Positions 34,153 through 44,719 are shown, counted from the first letter of the stretch. The stretch is DNA of 64,000 nucleotides from Candidatus Eiseniibacteriota bacterium (GCA_044229145.1 JBGATO010000001.1:64001-128000); one strand, 5' to 3'. Notes: generated from the sequence alone by a model not told the origin. Numbers and translations: made by a program.

Positions 34153-35207
34153 GCCGCCCTTTCGGCGCGCAGGGCCGCGAGCGCGGCGAGCACGGCGTCC
34201 ACCGGCGGACCGTCCGGCACTGCGGTGACGGTGCGCACGTGCGCGCCGTAGCTCCACTCGTGCGCCTTGTCTTCGCGAAACACCAACACGCGCGGGATGC
34301 CGAGCGCCGCGGCCACATGCGCCGGTCCGGCGTCCCCGCCGATGTACACGCCGGCCTCGCCTACCAGCGCCGCGAAAGCGCGAATCGGCAACGCCGGCGC
34401 CACCCGCACGCCGCGTGGCGCGCGTCCGGCCAGGGCATCGCGTTCGCCGGGATCGCAGGCAAGCACCACATCGTCGCCCGCCGCCGCGCAGCGCGCCGCC
34501 ACCGCGACGAATGCCTCCTCCGGCCAGCGCTTGGCGCCGCGGCCTCCGGTGTGCAGCACGACACGCGGCCCACGAGGGGTGCCCCACCAGGTGGCGGCTC
34601 CGGCGCGTTCGTCCACGGTGAGGATGAGACGCGTCGCGGCATCGGCGCCGTCCGCCGGAATGTCGCAGCCGGTCAGCAACGCGCGATACACACGCGGCCG
34701 CGGGGCACGCCCGGCATCCGCGGGCACCGGCACGAGGCGATTGCCGAACCGCGCCTCGTCGCCGCGCGCGAAGCCGATTCGCCACGGCGCCGCGGTGGCG
34801 CGGGTGAGCACGGCATCGGTGCGCGAGAACATGTGCGAATGCGCGGCGTCGATCGCGATGTCGTAGCGCGCGTCGCGGAGCGCGCGCAGCACACCGCGCA
34901 GCGCCGTCGCGGAGCGCCACAGCCGTGCGCGATCGACCGGGATCACACGCGCCACGAGCGGATCGGCCTCGAGGATGTCGGCGAACGCCGCATGCGCCAC
35001 CACGTCGATCCGCGCGTCCGGCCAGTGCGCACGCAGCGGTTCGAACAACGTCGTGATGGTGAGCAGATTGCCGAGCCGGCGGTCGCTCCGCACGATCGCG
35101 ATGCGCGGCGCGGCAGGCGGCTGCCAGTCAGGCGACTCGCGCACCGGCAACAGCCACGGCACCGCCCACGCCGCCAGACGCGTGCGCGCCGTGCGGGTCA
35201 GGCTCAT
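34149..35207 (-). CDS. GT9-family (ADP-heptose) glycosyltransferase
   Basis: RRLGNLL, KRWPEEAF, YIGGDAGPAHVAAALG. Confidence 0.85.
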   Translation of the reverse strand: MSLTRTARTRLAAWAVPWLLPVRESPDWQPPAAPRIAIVRSDRRLGNLLTITTLFEPLRAHWPDARIDVVAHAAFADILEADPLVARVIPVDRARLWRSATALRGVLRALRDARYDIAIDAAHSHMFSRTDAVLTRATAAPWRIGFARGDEARFGNRLVPVPADAGRAPRPRVYRALLTGCDIPADGADAATRLILTVDERAGAATWWGTPRGPRVVLHTGGRGAKRWPEEAFVAVAARCAAAGDDVVLACDPGERDALAGRAPRGVRVAPALPIRAFAALVGEAGVYIGGDAGPAHVAAALGIPRVLVFREDKAHEWSYGAHVRTVTAVPDGPPVDAVLAALAALRAERAA

Positions 35208-35818
35208 CGATGCGACCACACCGCCCGGGTCGCGAAGACGGCGAAGAGAAGAACAGTAGTTTGAAACGTGCGTGTCTCGCTCCGCCACGCGGCGTGCCAA
35301 TCGGCGGCACGCGCCTCCGCCTGCGCCCACGCCGTCGCGCGGACGCCGAACCGCGGCACCGCCGCGCAATAGGTGTCGTACGCACTGCCGAACAACTCGC
35401 GTAAGCGCGCCTCTTCGACCCGGACGATGAACCCGTACTGCACTGCGAACGCCGCCAACACCGCGAGCAACATCCACGGCATCCAGGCGTGGGCGAGCAC
35501 CACGAACCCCGCGGTCATCAGCAGATTGCCCAGGTAGAGCGGGTTGCGGGTGCGCGCGTATGGGCCGCTGGTGACCAAGCGCGGCGCGCCGACCTCGCGC
35601 GTGCGCGTCGCCGAGCCGGCGTGCGCGACGCCCCACAACCGCACGCACTCGCCGAGCACCACCAACACCGTGCCGGTGATCACCGAACGGCGCGTCGGAT
35701 GCGCGCCGATCCACGCCGCGAGGACCAGCGGAATCGGCGTGTACCCGCGCAGCTTGAACAGCCACGTGCCGACGGCTTGGGAGGGTGTCCTCGCCGCCGC
35801 CCCCGCATCAGACGGCAT
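35204..35818 (-). CDS. ICMT/PEMT-family membrane methyltransferase, LmtA-like
   Basis: LVTSGPYARTRNPLYLGN, EEARL, YDTYCAAVPRF. Confidence 0.82.
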   Translation of the reverse strand: MPSDAGAAARTPSQAVGTWLFKLRGYTPIPLVLAAWIGAHPTRRSVITGTVLVVLGECVRLWGVAHAGSATRTREVGAPRLVTSGPYARTRNPLYLGNLLMTAGFVVLAHAWMPWMLLAVLAAFAVQYGFIVRVEEARLRELFGSAYDTYCAAVPRFGVRATAWAQAEARAADWHAAWRSETRTFQTTVLLFAVFATRAVWSHR

Positions 35819-37246
35819 GGCGCGACTCCAACACCGCGCCGAGCGTGCGCGCGACGATCGTTGCGTCCAGCGTCAGGGACCAGTGCTCCACGTAATAGAG
35901 ATCGTACAGGGTGCGCTCCTCGAAATCGGCGTCGCCGCGCAGATCGTGGATCTGCGCCCAGCCGGTCATGCCACTCTTCACACGGTGGCGGACGAAGTAA
36001 TCCGGAATCGTGCGTTCGAGATCCGCCACGAACGCCGGCCGCTCCGGGCGCGGTCCGACCAGACTCATATCGCCGCGCAGCACGTTCCACAGTTGCGGCA
36101 GTTCATCGAGCGAGAACCGCCGCAGGACTGCACCGAGCCGCGTGCGGCGCGGATCCGCCGCGATCGCCCGGCGCGGTGCGCCATCGGCCTCGGCATCCAG
36201 GCGCATCGTGCGGAACTTGTAGATCACGAAACGCCGCAGGTCGCGTCCGACGCGTTCTTGCGCGTAGAACACCGGCCCCGGGGAATCGAGACGCACCGCC
36301 ACCGCGAGCACCGCGAACAGCGGTGCCAACGCCACCAACAGCAGTGCCGACACCGCGATATCCATCGCCCGCTTGGCGACGATCTTCCAACCCGCGAGCG
36401 GCGACTCGCGCAGTCCGATCAGCGGGACACCCGCCAGCGACGTCATCACCGGATGCGCCGGCAGCAACTCCGCCACTTCAGGCACGAACTCGATGTCGAT
36501 CCCGGCGGCATGCAGGCGTGCCAGCACCGCGGGCAGATGCGGCGCACTTGCCCACGGCAACGCGACCAGCAGGTGGTTCAAGCGATGCCGCGCGACGAGG
36601 TCCTCGAGGTCCGCGATCGCGCCGAGCCACGGCACGCTTTCGCCGCGCGTGACACCGCCGTCGCGCGGCATTCCGACCGCGCCACAAAACGCGTGCCCCA
36701 CCGGCGCGCGACGCGCCAGGTCGCGCGCCAAGTACACGGCCATCGGACCATCGCCCACCACGGCCACGCGCGCCCACGGCTCACGCACCGCGCGCCGCAG
36801 CACCGCCGAGGCCGCCCGCCGCAAGCCGATCACGGCGACCCAGCCGCACACCCACGTCAGCGGCATCACCACGCGGCTGTAGCTGAAGCCGCGATAGAAG
36901 AACGACAGGCCGCCGGCCAGTAACGTCGCGACGACGCTGGCGCGGGTGATCGCCGCCGCGTCACCCTCGGCGCGCCGGCCGCGCGCGTCGTACAGGCCGG
37001 CATTGCGGAACGCCAATGTCCACAACACGCCAAGCGCGAGGCCGGCAAACAAGGTAGGCCGGGGTGGATCCGAACGCCCCTGGGTCGCCGGGACCCAGCG
37101 CGTGAGCGGCGACGCGAACCGGATGGTGTACGCCGCCAGCACGCCGCACATCGCCCCCACCATGTCGAGCACCCACCACAGCGCGCTCAGTTGCAGCAGC
37201 CGCAGGCGGCGCTCGGTGCGGCCGAGCCGCGCGCCGTGGGGCTCAC
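35808..37246 (-). CDS. Undecaprenyl-phosphate sugar phosphotransferase (WcaJ/WbaP type); start uncertain
   Basis: [53 protein letters not shown]. The coupled GTG at 37246 is out of frame, which may reflect an indel. Confidence 0.88.
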
Positions 37247-38367
37247 GCGGACGCCTCGAGCGCCGGATGCGCGAACCCCGGCACCACGCGCGCCAACGAC
37301 GCCAGGACGCGAGACTGGAATGCGGTCGTGGTGTACGGCGCCGCCTCGCGCCGCGCCGTCGCGTCGTCGATGCGCACCGCATCCACGCGGCACAATCCGT
37401 CCGCCAGCGCCTCCACCGATTGCTCGCCGACGTACACGCCGGTCACGCCGTCACGCACGGTTTCGAGCGCCCCGCCGCGCGCGTACGCCACCACCGGCGT
37501 GCCGCAGGCGATCGCCTCGACCGGTACCAGCCCGAAGTCCTCTTCGCCTGGGAAGACCAGACACCGCGCGCCCCGCATGTAGCGCACGACCTCCTCCATC
37601 GACGCCCAGCCGACGAACGTCGTTTCCGGACCGGCCAGGCGTTCGAGCCGCGCGCGTTCGACGCCGGTCCCGATGACCACCAAGCGCCGGCCGGTAGCGC
37701 GCGCCGCGCGCACGGCAAGATCGACACGTTTGTACGGCACCAAGGCCGAGAGCACGAGATCGTAGTCGCCGCGCGGCGCGTGGGCCTCCGGCGTGAACCG
37801 CTCGGTATCGATCCACATGCCGATCACCTCGCTGTCGCGCGCGTAGGTGCGCTGGATGCGTTCACGCACGTTCTCGCAGTCGGTGAGGAAGTGATGCACG
37901 CGCGGCAGCGTCGCGAGATCCCACGCGCGCAGCCGCGCCGCGACGGCCGGCATGACCGCGCGCGTCAGCGGCCCCGCGACCTCCGGCCCCCAGTAGGCGT
38001 CGTACATGTCCCAGACGTAGCGCATCGGCGTGAAGCAGTAGCAGACGTGCGTGGCGCCCGGCGCCACCCGCACGCCCTTCGCCACGCAGTGGCTGAGGCT
38101 GAGGACGAGGTCGTAGCCGCGCAGGTCGAAACTCTCGATCGCCGCGGGAAACAGCGGCAGGTAGCGTTGGTGGCGGCGCCGGGCGCCGGGGAGGCGCTGC
38201 ACGAACGACGTGTGGATGGGGTGTGACGCAATCGTCGGGCTCACCGAGCCGTCGTGGTGCACAAGCGTGTAGATCGGCGCGTCCGGGAAGAGGTCGCAGA
38301 CCGCCTCCAGGCACTTCTCGCCGCCCCGCATTCCCGTCAACCAATCGTGCACCAACGCCACGCGCAT
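37243..38367 (-). CDS. GT4-family glycosyltransferase (mannosyltransferase-like)
   Basis: MRVALVHDWLTGMRGGEK, EEDFGLVPVEAIACGTPV. Confidence 0.9.
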   Translation of the reverse strand: MRVALVHDWLTGMRGGEKCLEAVCDLFPDAPIYTLVHHDGSVSPTIASHPIHTSFVQRLPGARRRHQRYLPLFPAAIESFDLRGYDLVLSLSHCVAKGVRVAPGATHVCYCFTPMRYVWDMYDAYWGPEVAGPLTRAVMPAVAARLRAWDLATLPRVHHFLTDCENVRERIQRTYARDSEVIGMWIDTERFTPEAHAPRGDYDLVLSALVPYKRVDLAVRAARATGRRLVVIGTGVERARLERLAGPETTFVGWASMEEVVRYMRGARCLVFPGEEDFGLVPVEAIACGTPVVAYARGGALETVRDGVTGVYVGEQSVEALADGLCRVDAVRIDDATARREAAPYTTTAFQSRVLASLARVVPGFAHPALEASA

Positions 38368-38467
38368 GGGGGCGCAGTCTAGCGGTGCGCCCCCCGTGCC
38401 ACAACCGGAACCACGGTCCCCTGCCGGCACGCGGATCCCCGACCCGCCGGCCGATAATCACGAGAGC

Positions 38468-38662
38468 GGGAGGCAGCCCGGAGTCGCTCCGCGGCGTCGA
38501 ACGCCCCGTGACCGTGCCCCACGGTCCCGCGGCCCCCGCGGGGTCCGCTTCTGCCGGATTTCCGGTTGTTCCCTGCGGCATCGACTGTTAGCCTGCGGCG
38601 GCGACGTGCGAATCCGCCCCGATCGGCGGCGTCGCGTGTCGTCCGGCGTTGCTTCGGCTCCC
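38468..38662 (+). ncRNA. Candidate structured 5' leader RNA upstream of the lytic transglycosylase
   Basis: Nested complementary segments close a multibranch fold, with GATAAT at 38453-38458 just upstream. Confidence 0.35.
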
Positions 38663-38685
38663 CCCCACGTCAGGAGGACAGGACC

Positions 38686-39936
38686 ACGACTCGGTCGTCT
38701 TCGCGCCCAGGATGGCGCCTCAACTTGTTCGGGATCGTCTGGCTGGCGATCCTTCTCGGCGGTGCGCTGCGCGCATCGTCCGCCGACGCCGCGCCGGCGC
38801 GGCGCGTGTACCCGCATTTCGGCTCGGGCTCGACCGACACCACCGCGATCGTGCGCACCCCCGTCGTCTCCCAGACGCCGGCGGGCGTGCGCGCCTTGGC
38901 GCGGGGCGGCGTGACGCACAGTGACAGTCTCGCCGATTCGCTCGACACCCAAGATGCATCCGCGCTCGCCTTCGGCGTCGCGACGTACCCGGTGATCGTG
39001 CCGGAGACCAACGAGCGCGTGCAGCAGTTCCTCCGCATGTACACGGTGACCAAGCGCCGCACGTTCCAGGGGTGGCTCAACCGCGCGGGACCGTACTTTC
39101 CTCTGGTCGCCAAGAAACTGAGCGATGCGGGCCTGCCGATCGAACTCGCGTGCGTGGTGTTCATCGAGAGCGGCTTCAACCTCGGGGCGCGCTCGTGGGC
39201 GCAGGCCGTCGGGCCGTGGCAGTTCATCGCCGGCACCGCGCGCCTGTTCGGCCTCTCGGTCACCCGCGACGTCGATGAACGTCACGACATCGAACGCTCC
39301 ACCGAGGCCGCGGCCAAGATGTTCGCCCGGCTCTACGACACCTTCGGCTCGTGGCCGCTGTCGCTCGCCGCGTACAACTGCGGCGAAGGGTGCGTCGGGC
39401 GCGCGGTGGGTCGCCAGCGGACGTCGGACTTCTGGAGCATGCGCTTGCCGCGCGAGACGCAGGATTACGTCGCGCAGTTCATGGCGGTGCTGCTGATCCT
39501 GCGCAGCCCGGAGCAGTACGGCTTCACGCTGCCGGGCTCCGATCCGCTCGTCTATCGCGAGGCGACGACGACGCGCCGCACCAACCTCAGTTCGCTCGCC
39601 CGCCGCTGCGGCGTCGAGCCGTCCACGGTGCTGTCGCTCAACCCCGCGTACCGCGGCGGCTGGGCGCCGGCCGGCCGCACGATCCGCCTGCCGCTCGCCG
39701 TCGAACCGGACGTCGCCAACACCGCGCTCGCGGTGGAGGACACACCGGCGGCGAAGCAGCGGGTGCCGCGCGCCACACCGCGGCACCGGGTGCGGGAACG
39801 CGATCGCAGCGACGCCGGCCACCGCGGCAGTTCCTCCGCGTCGCAGACGGCGCGCGCCGCGCGTCTGCGCATCGCGCCGCCCCCAGGCGACGCCACCGAC
39901 TCGCACTCGCTCGCGCGCGCGGCGGAGGCGCGCTAG
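38686..39936 (+). CDS. Lytic transglycosylase (MltD-like SLT domain); best-placed start codon is ACG
   Basis: FIESGF, AVGPWQFI, LAAYNCGEG, LPRETQDYV, LysM-like LNP segment. AGGAGG lies 8 nt before an in-frame ACG. Confidence 0.87.
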   Translation, partial: TTRSSSRPGWRLNLFGIVWLAILLGGALRASSADAAPARRVYPHFGSGSTDTTAIVRTPVVSQTPAGVRALARGGVTHSDSLADSLDTQDASALAFGVATYPVIVPETNERVQQFLRMYTVTKRRTFQGWLNRAGPYFPLVAKKLSDAGLPIELACVVFIESGFNLGARSWAQAVGPWQFIAGTARLFGLSVTRDVDERHDIERSTEAAAKMFARLYDTFGSWPLSLAAYNCGEGCVGRAVGRQRTSDFWSMRLPRETQDYVAQFMAVLLILRSPEQYGFTLPGSDPLVYREATTTRRTNLSSLARRCGVEPSTVLSLNPAYRGGWAPAGRTIRLPLAVEPDVANTALAVEDTPAAKQRVPRATPRHRVRERDRSDAGHRGSSSASQTARAARLRIAPPPGDATDSHSLARAAEAR

Positions 39937-39938
39937 CC

Positions 39939-41033
39939 GCGAAGCTCGCGTACGACGTCACCGTTCTCCGCGGCCCGCGCAGCGGCATCGCCGCGGTCGT
40001 GGAGAACGGCGCCGTCGCTCTCGCGAGGCAGCTGCCCGCCGGATCGCTCGCGCTCCTCTGCAACGCCCCGCCTCGTCTCACCAGTGCACTGGCCGCACCC
40101 TGCCACGCCGGTCTCACGCTGCCGTGGCGCGCCCTCTGGATGCACGCCGTCGCCCCGCTATTGCTCGCGCAGTTGCGCCCCGACCTCACGCACTGGACGA
40201 ACTACAACGCGCCGGTGTGCGGTGGCGGCCGGTTCGTCGTCACCTTCCACGACCTGTCGATGTGGCGCTTCCCCGCGTTCTTCGGCTGGAAGAAGCGCTG
40301 GTTGAGCCGCACCGTGATGCCGCACACGGCGCGACGCGCGCGCGTCATCGTGACGCTGAGTGAGGCGATGAAGCGTGAGATCGTCGACACCTTCGGCATC
40401 GGCGCGGACCGCGTGTGCGTCGCGTATCCCGCGCCGGACGCGCACTTCGCACCGGTGGCAGATCCGGCGCCGGTGCTCGCGCGTCACCGTCTCACGCGGC
40501 CCTATCTCCTGTTCGTCGGTACCTGGGAGCCACGCAAGAACCTTCCGCGCTTGCTCGAGGCCTTTGCCTTGCTCGACGACCCGACGCTCGACCTCGCCAT
40601 CGTCGGCGCGCGCGGCTGGCAGGACGGTCCGCTGCGCGCGGCGCTCGCGGCCTCGCCGCGCCGCGAGGCGATCCATGTGCTCGAGTATCTCGCCGCGGAG
40701 GATTTGCCGGCGTTGTACAGCGGAGCCGCGGCCCTGGTGTCGCCCTCGTTGTACGAAGGGTTCGGCCTGCCGCCTGTGGAGGCGATGGCGTGCGGCACCC
40801 CGGCCGTCGTGTCGGACATCGCGGCACACCGGGAGGTGTGTGGCGACGCGGCGTTCTATTGCGATCCCGCCTCGTCGGACGACATCGCACGCGCCGTGCG
40901 CGCGGTGCTCGCGCTCACGGCGGATACTCGCGCCGGCGTGACCGCTCGCGGTCAGGCGCACGCGGCGCGGTACTCGTGGGAGCGGCACGCCGAGGCCTTG
41001 CGCGCCGCGTACGCGCGCGCCCTCGACGACTAG
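39939..41033 (+). CDS. GT4-family glycosyltransferase; no canonical start at the expected N-terminus
   Basis: KLAYDVT, TFHDL, FVGTWEPRKNL, SLYEGFGLPPVEAMACGTP. Confidence 0.88.
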   Translation, partial: AKLAYDVTVLRGPRSGIAAVVENGAVALARQLPAGSLALLCNAPPRLTSALAAPCHAGLTLPWRALWMHAVAPLLLAQLRPDLTHWTNYNAPVCGGGRFVVTFHDLSMWRFPAFFGWKKRWLSRTVMPHTARRARVIVTLSEAMKREIVDTFGIGADRVCVAYPAPDAHFAPVADPAPVLARHRLTRPYLLFVGTWEPRKNLPRLLEAFALLDDPTLDLAIVGARGWQDGPLRAALAASPRREAIHVLEYLAAEDLPALYSGAAALVSPSLYEGFGLPPVEAMACGTPAVVSDIAAHREVCGDAAFYCDPASSDDIARAVRAVLALTADTRAGVTARGQAHAARYSWERHAEALRAAYARALDD

Positions 41034-42214
41034 AGCAGACGCGGCTCGAGGAAATCCGCCAACACATCGTGCGCGACGAACCAGCGTGACGCCGGCATCC
41101 ACACGCGCATCCCGTCGCGTTGGAGCGTGCCCTGCGCCGTGTGGCGCGCCAGAACCGCCTCGTACACGGCGGCGCAGTCCACTCCGAGGCGGCGCGACGC
41201 GGCCGCGAGATCCACACCTTCTCGCACGCGGAGGCCCAGGAACATCGTCTCCGCGACGATCTGCGACGGAGTCAACGTTTCGCGTTCGCCGCGAATGTCC
41301 GCACCCGCGGCGAGTCGCGTCGCGTACTCCGCGATATCGGAGGCGTTCGCCCAGCGCTCGGCGCCGAGCAGACTGTGCGCGCCGGGGCCGAGTCCGAGAT
41401 AGTCGTCGCGCCGCCAGTAACCGAGGTTGTGCTGCGAGCGGTGGCCGGGCCGCGCGGCGTTGGAGACTTCGTAGTGGTCCCACCCATCCGCGGCCAACCA
41501 GGCGCGCGCCGCGTCGTAGCGCGCGGCCTGCGCATCGTCGTCCGGGAGGACGAGTCCCTTGCGCACTTGGCGCTCCAACACCGTCCCCGGCTCGAGCCCG
41601 AGGCCGTAGAACGAGAGATGCTCCGGCTCGAGTGCCGTGAACGCCTCGTAGCTCGCCCGCCACGCGGCCGCCGTCTCCTCGGGCAGGCCGAACATGCAAT
41701 CGAGGTTGATCTCGTCGAATCCGCCATCGCGCGCGCGGCGCACCGCGGCCTCGACCGTCGCCCAGGTGTGCGGGCGGTTCAACGCACGCAGCGCGTCATC
41801 GTCCGGGGTCTGCGCGCCGAGCGACAGGCGCGTCACGCCGGCCGCGCGCAATGCCGCGACATGCGCCGCGTCGATGTTCTCCGGATTCGCCTCACTGGTG
41901 AACTCGACGACCGCGCGCAGGTCGAACGCCTCGCGCAGCCACGCACCGACCTGCACGATCTGCTCCGGCGACAAGACCGTCGGCGTGCCCCCGCCCCAGA
42001 ACACCGTGTGGACTGCGCGCCCCGCCACCGCTGCCGCCCTCACGTCGATCTCCCGTCGCAACGCGTCGAGATACCGCGCGACCCGCGCCTCCGACACGCC
42101 CCGCGTCACGAAGGCGCAATACGTGCAGCGCTTGCGGCAGAACGGCACATGCAGATAGAGACCGAGACGCGGCGCGTCCCCGCGCGGCGTCTCGGCCTCC
42201 TCGTGCCACGACAT
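41030..42214 (-). CDS. hemW: Radical SAM heme chaperone HemW (HemN-like)
   Basis: LYLHVPFCRKRCTYCAF, GGGTP, YEVSN, HNLGYW, GLGPGAHS. Confidence 0.92.
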   Translation of the reverse strand: MSWHEEAETPRGDAPRLGLYLHVPFCRKRCTYCAFVTRGVSEARVARYLDALRREIDVRAAAVAGRAVHTVFWGGGTPTVLSPEQIVQVGAWLREAFDLRAVVEFTSEANPENIDAAHVAALRAAGVTRLSLGAQTPDDDALRALNRPHTWATVEAAVRRARDGGFDEINLDCMFGLPEETAAAWRASYEAFTALEPEHLSFYGLGLEPGTVLERQVRKGLVLPDDDAQAARYDAARAWLAADGWDHYEVSNAARPGHRSQHNLGYWRRDDYLGLGPGAHSLLGAERWANASDIAEYATRLAAGADIRGERETLTPSQIVAETMFLGLRVREGVDLAAASRRLGVDCAAVYEAVLARHTAQGTLQRDGMRVWMPASRWFVAHDVLADFLEPRLL

Positions 42215-42222
42215 CGACGCGC

Positions 42223-42903
42223 CTATTTGACGAGGTGGAACAAGCGACCCAATCGCGGCCGCATGTGCTCGGAGTCCCACGACCAGTAGATGATCAGCGC
42301 CTTGCCCTTGACGTTCTCCAGCGGAACGAATCCCCAATAACGGCCGTCGCTCGAGTTCTCGCGATTGTCGCCCATGCAGAACAGATTGCCCGGCGGCACA
42401 CGGAACGGCGGGTCGTTGTCGCGCACATTGATGCCGGTGGGCGTCTTGTACGGGTAGATCGTCGGGTCGACGTGCTTGGTGTACGGCTCGTCGAGCGGCT
42501 TGCCGTCGACGAACACCACCTTGTTGCGGATCTCGACCGTCTGCCCTTCGCTGGCGATCACGCGCTTGATGAAGTCGACCTTCTTGTCGAGCGGATACTG
42601 GAACACGATGATGTCGCCGGTCTTGGGATGGCGGAGGCCCGGCAAACGGTCCTTCTCGGTGAACGGAATCCGCGCGCCGTAGACCAGCTTGTTGACGAAC
42701 AGGAAGTCGCCGATCTGCAGCGTGTCGAGCATCGAGCCGGACGGGATGCGGAACGCCTGGAACATGAAGGTGCGGATGATGAGCGTGAGGACGACGGCGC
42801 CGCCGATTGCCTCGATCCACTCCCGCAGCTGACCCTTGCGCGGGGCACTCCCGCCCGCCGCCGACGCCGCACGCGCACGCGTGCCGTATTGAGGTGCCGC
42901 CAC
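42223..42903 (-). CDS. lepB: Signal peptidase I
   Basis: IPSGSM, DFIKRVI, MGDNRENSSDGRYWG. Confidence 0.96.
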   Translation of the reverse strand: MAAPQYGTRARAASAAGGSAPRKGQLREWIEAIGGAVVLTLIIRTFMFQAFRIPSGSMLDTLQIGDFLFVNKLVYGARIPFTEKDRLPGLRHPKTGDIIVFQYPLDKKVDFIKRVIASEGQTVEIRNKVVFVDGKPLDEPYTKHVDPTIYPYKTPTGINVRDNDPPFRVPPGNLFCMGDNRENSSDGRYWGFVPLENVKGKALIIYWSWDSEHMRPRLGRLFHLVK

Positions 42904-44719
42904 TAATCCTCCGCGCTCAAGACCGCCAAGAATGCTTCCTGCGGCACCGACACCGTGCCGATCTGCTTCATGCGCTTCTTGCCTTCCTTCTGCTTCTCGA
43001 GGAGCTTGCGCTTGCGCGAGATGTCACCACCGTAGCACTTGGCGATGACGTTCTTGCGCAAGGCGCTGATCGTTTCGCGTGCCACCACCTTCGCGCCGAT
43101 GGCCGCTTGGATCGCGATGGGAAACATCTGACGCGGGATGACGCCCTTGAGTTTCAGCGCCACCGCGCGACCCCACGCTTCGGCCTTGTCGCGGTGCACG
43201 ATCACCGACAGCGCGTCCACCGGATCGCCATTGAGCAGCAGGTCGAGCCGCACCATCGGCGCCTTGCGGTACTCGGCGAACTCGTAGTCCATCGACGCGT
43301 AGCCGCGCGACACCGACTTCAGCTTGTCGTGGAAGTCGACGACGATCTCGGCGAGCGGCAGCAGGTACGTGACGATCGCGCGCTTGTCCTCGAGGAACTC
43401 CATGCCCTCGTGGATGCCGCGGCGGTCCTGCGCCAGCGCCAGCACCGAGCCGAGATAGTCGGTCGGCATGACGATGCGCGCGCGCACCATCGGCTCTTCG
43501 ATCGATTCGATCTCGTTGGGCTGCGGCATCTGCACCGGCGAGTGGATCATCAGTTCCTCGCCGTCGGTGCGCACGATGCGGAAGCCCACGCTCGGCGTGG
43601 TGATGATGAGACTGACGCCGAATTCGCGCTCGAGACGCTCCTGCACGATTTCCTTGTGCAGCAGACCGAGGAAGCCGGCGCGGAATCCGAAACCGAGCGC
43701 CGCCGACGTCTCGGGCTCGTAGGTGAACGCGGCATCGTTCAGCACGAACTTGTCGAGCGCGTCCTTGAGAACTTCGTAGTCGGCGTCGTTGATCGGGTAG
43801 AGCCCCGCCCACACCATCGACTTCATCGGGCGGTAGCCGGGCAGCGGCTCGGCGTGCGCGTCGCTGGCGTCGGCGATGGTGTCGCCCACCGTGGCGTCAT
43901 GGACGTCCTTGATGTTGGCCACTACGTAACCGACGTCGCCAGCGAGGAGTTCCTTCTGCTTCTCCTTGGTCAGCCGGAAGATGCCGACTTCCTGCACCTC
44001 GAACTCGGCGCCGGTCGCCAACAGCTTGATCTTCTGCCCCGGCCGGATCGCGCCGTCCACCACGCGGATGTACGCGATGACGCCCTGATACTGGTCGAAG
44101 ATCGAGTCGAAGATGAAGGCGCGCAGCGGCGCTCCGCGTGACCGCGCGGCGACGGCACCACCTGCACGATCTTCTCGAGGATGTCGTCGATGCCGATGCC
44201 GTTCTTGGCGCTCGCCAGCACCACGTCCTCGCGGCTGCCGCCGAGGATGTCGAGTACTTGATGCGCCGCGCGCTCCGGCTCCGCCGCCGGCAGGTCGATC
44301 TTGTTGACCACCGGAATCAACTCGAGGTCGTTCTCGATCGCCAGATAGAGATTCGACAGCGTCTGCGCCTCGACGCCTTGCGCGGCGTCCACGACCAGAA
44401 TCGCGCCCTCGCACGCGGCCAGCGAGCGCGAGACTTCGTAGGTGAAGTCGACGTGGCCCGGCGTGTCGATCAGATTGAGCCGGTACGCGGTGCCGTCGGC
44501 CGCCGTGTAGTCCATCGAGATCGGGTGCGCCTTGATGGTGATGCCGCGTTCGCGTTCGAGCGGCATGTCGTCGAGCACTTGCTCCATCATCTCGCGCTGC
44601 GAGATGGTGTGCGTCGCCTCCAGCAGGCGGTCGGCGAGCGTCGACTTCCCGTGGTCGACGTGCGCGATGATGCAGAAGTTTCGGACCTTGCGGTCGATGG
44701 ACGGCGCGTCTCTCAGCAT
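42903..44719 (-). CDS. lepA: Elongation factor 4 (LepA), with a single-base frameshift near 44132
   Basis: [19 protein letters not shown] and DTPGHVDF in one frame; [11 protein letters not shown] and [18 protein letters not shown] in another. Confidence 0.93.

Noticed and set aside
38450..38457. GCCGATAA sigma28 -10 box
   Set aside because: There is no matching -35 element at the right spacing and no motility genes in the window.
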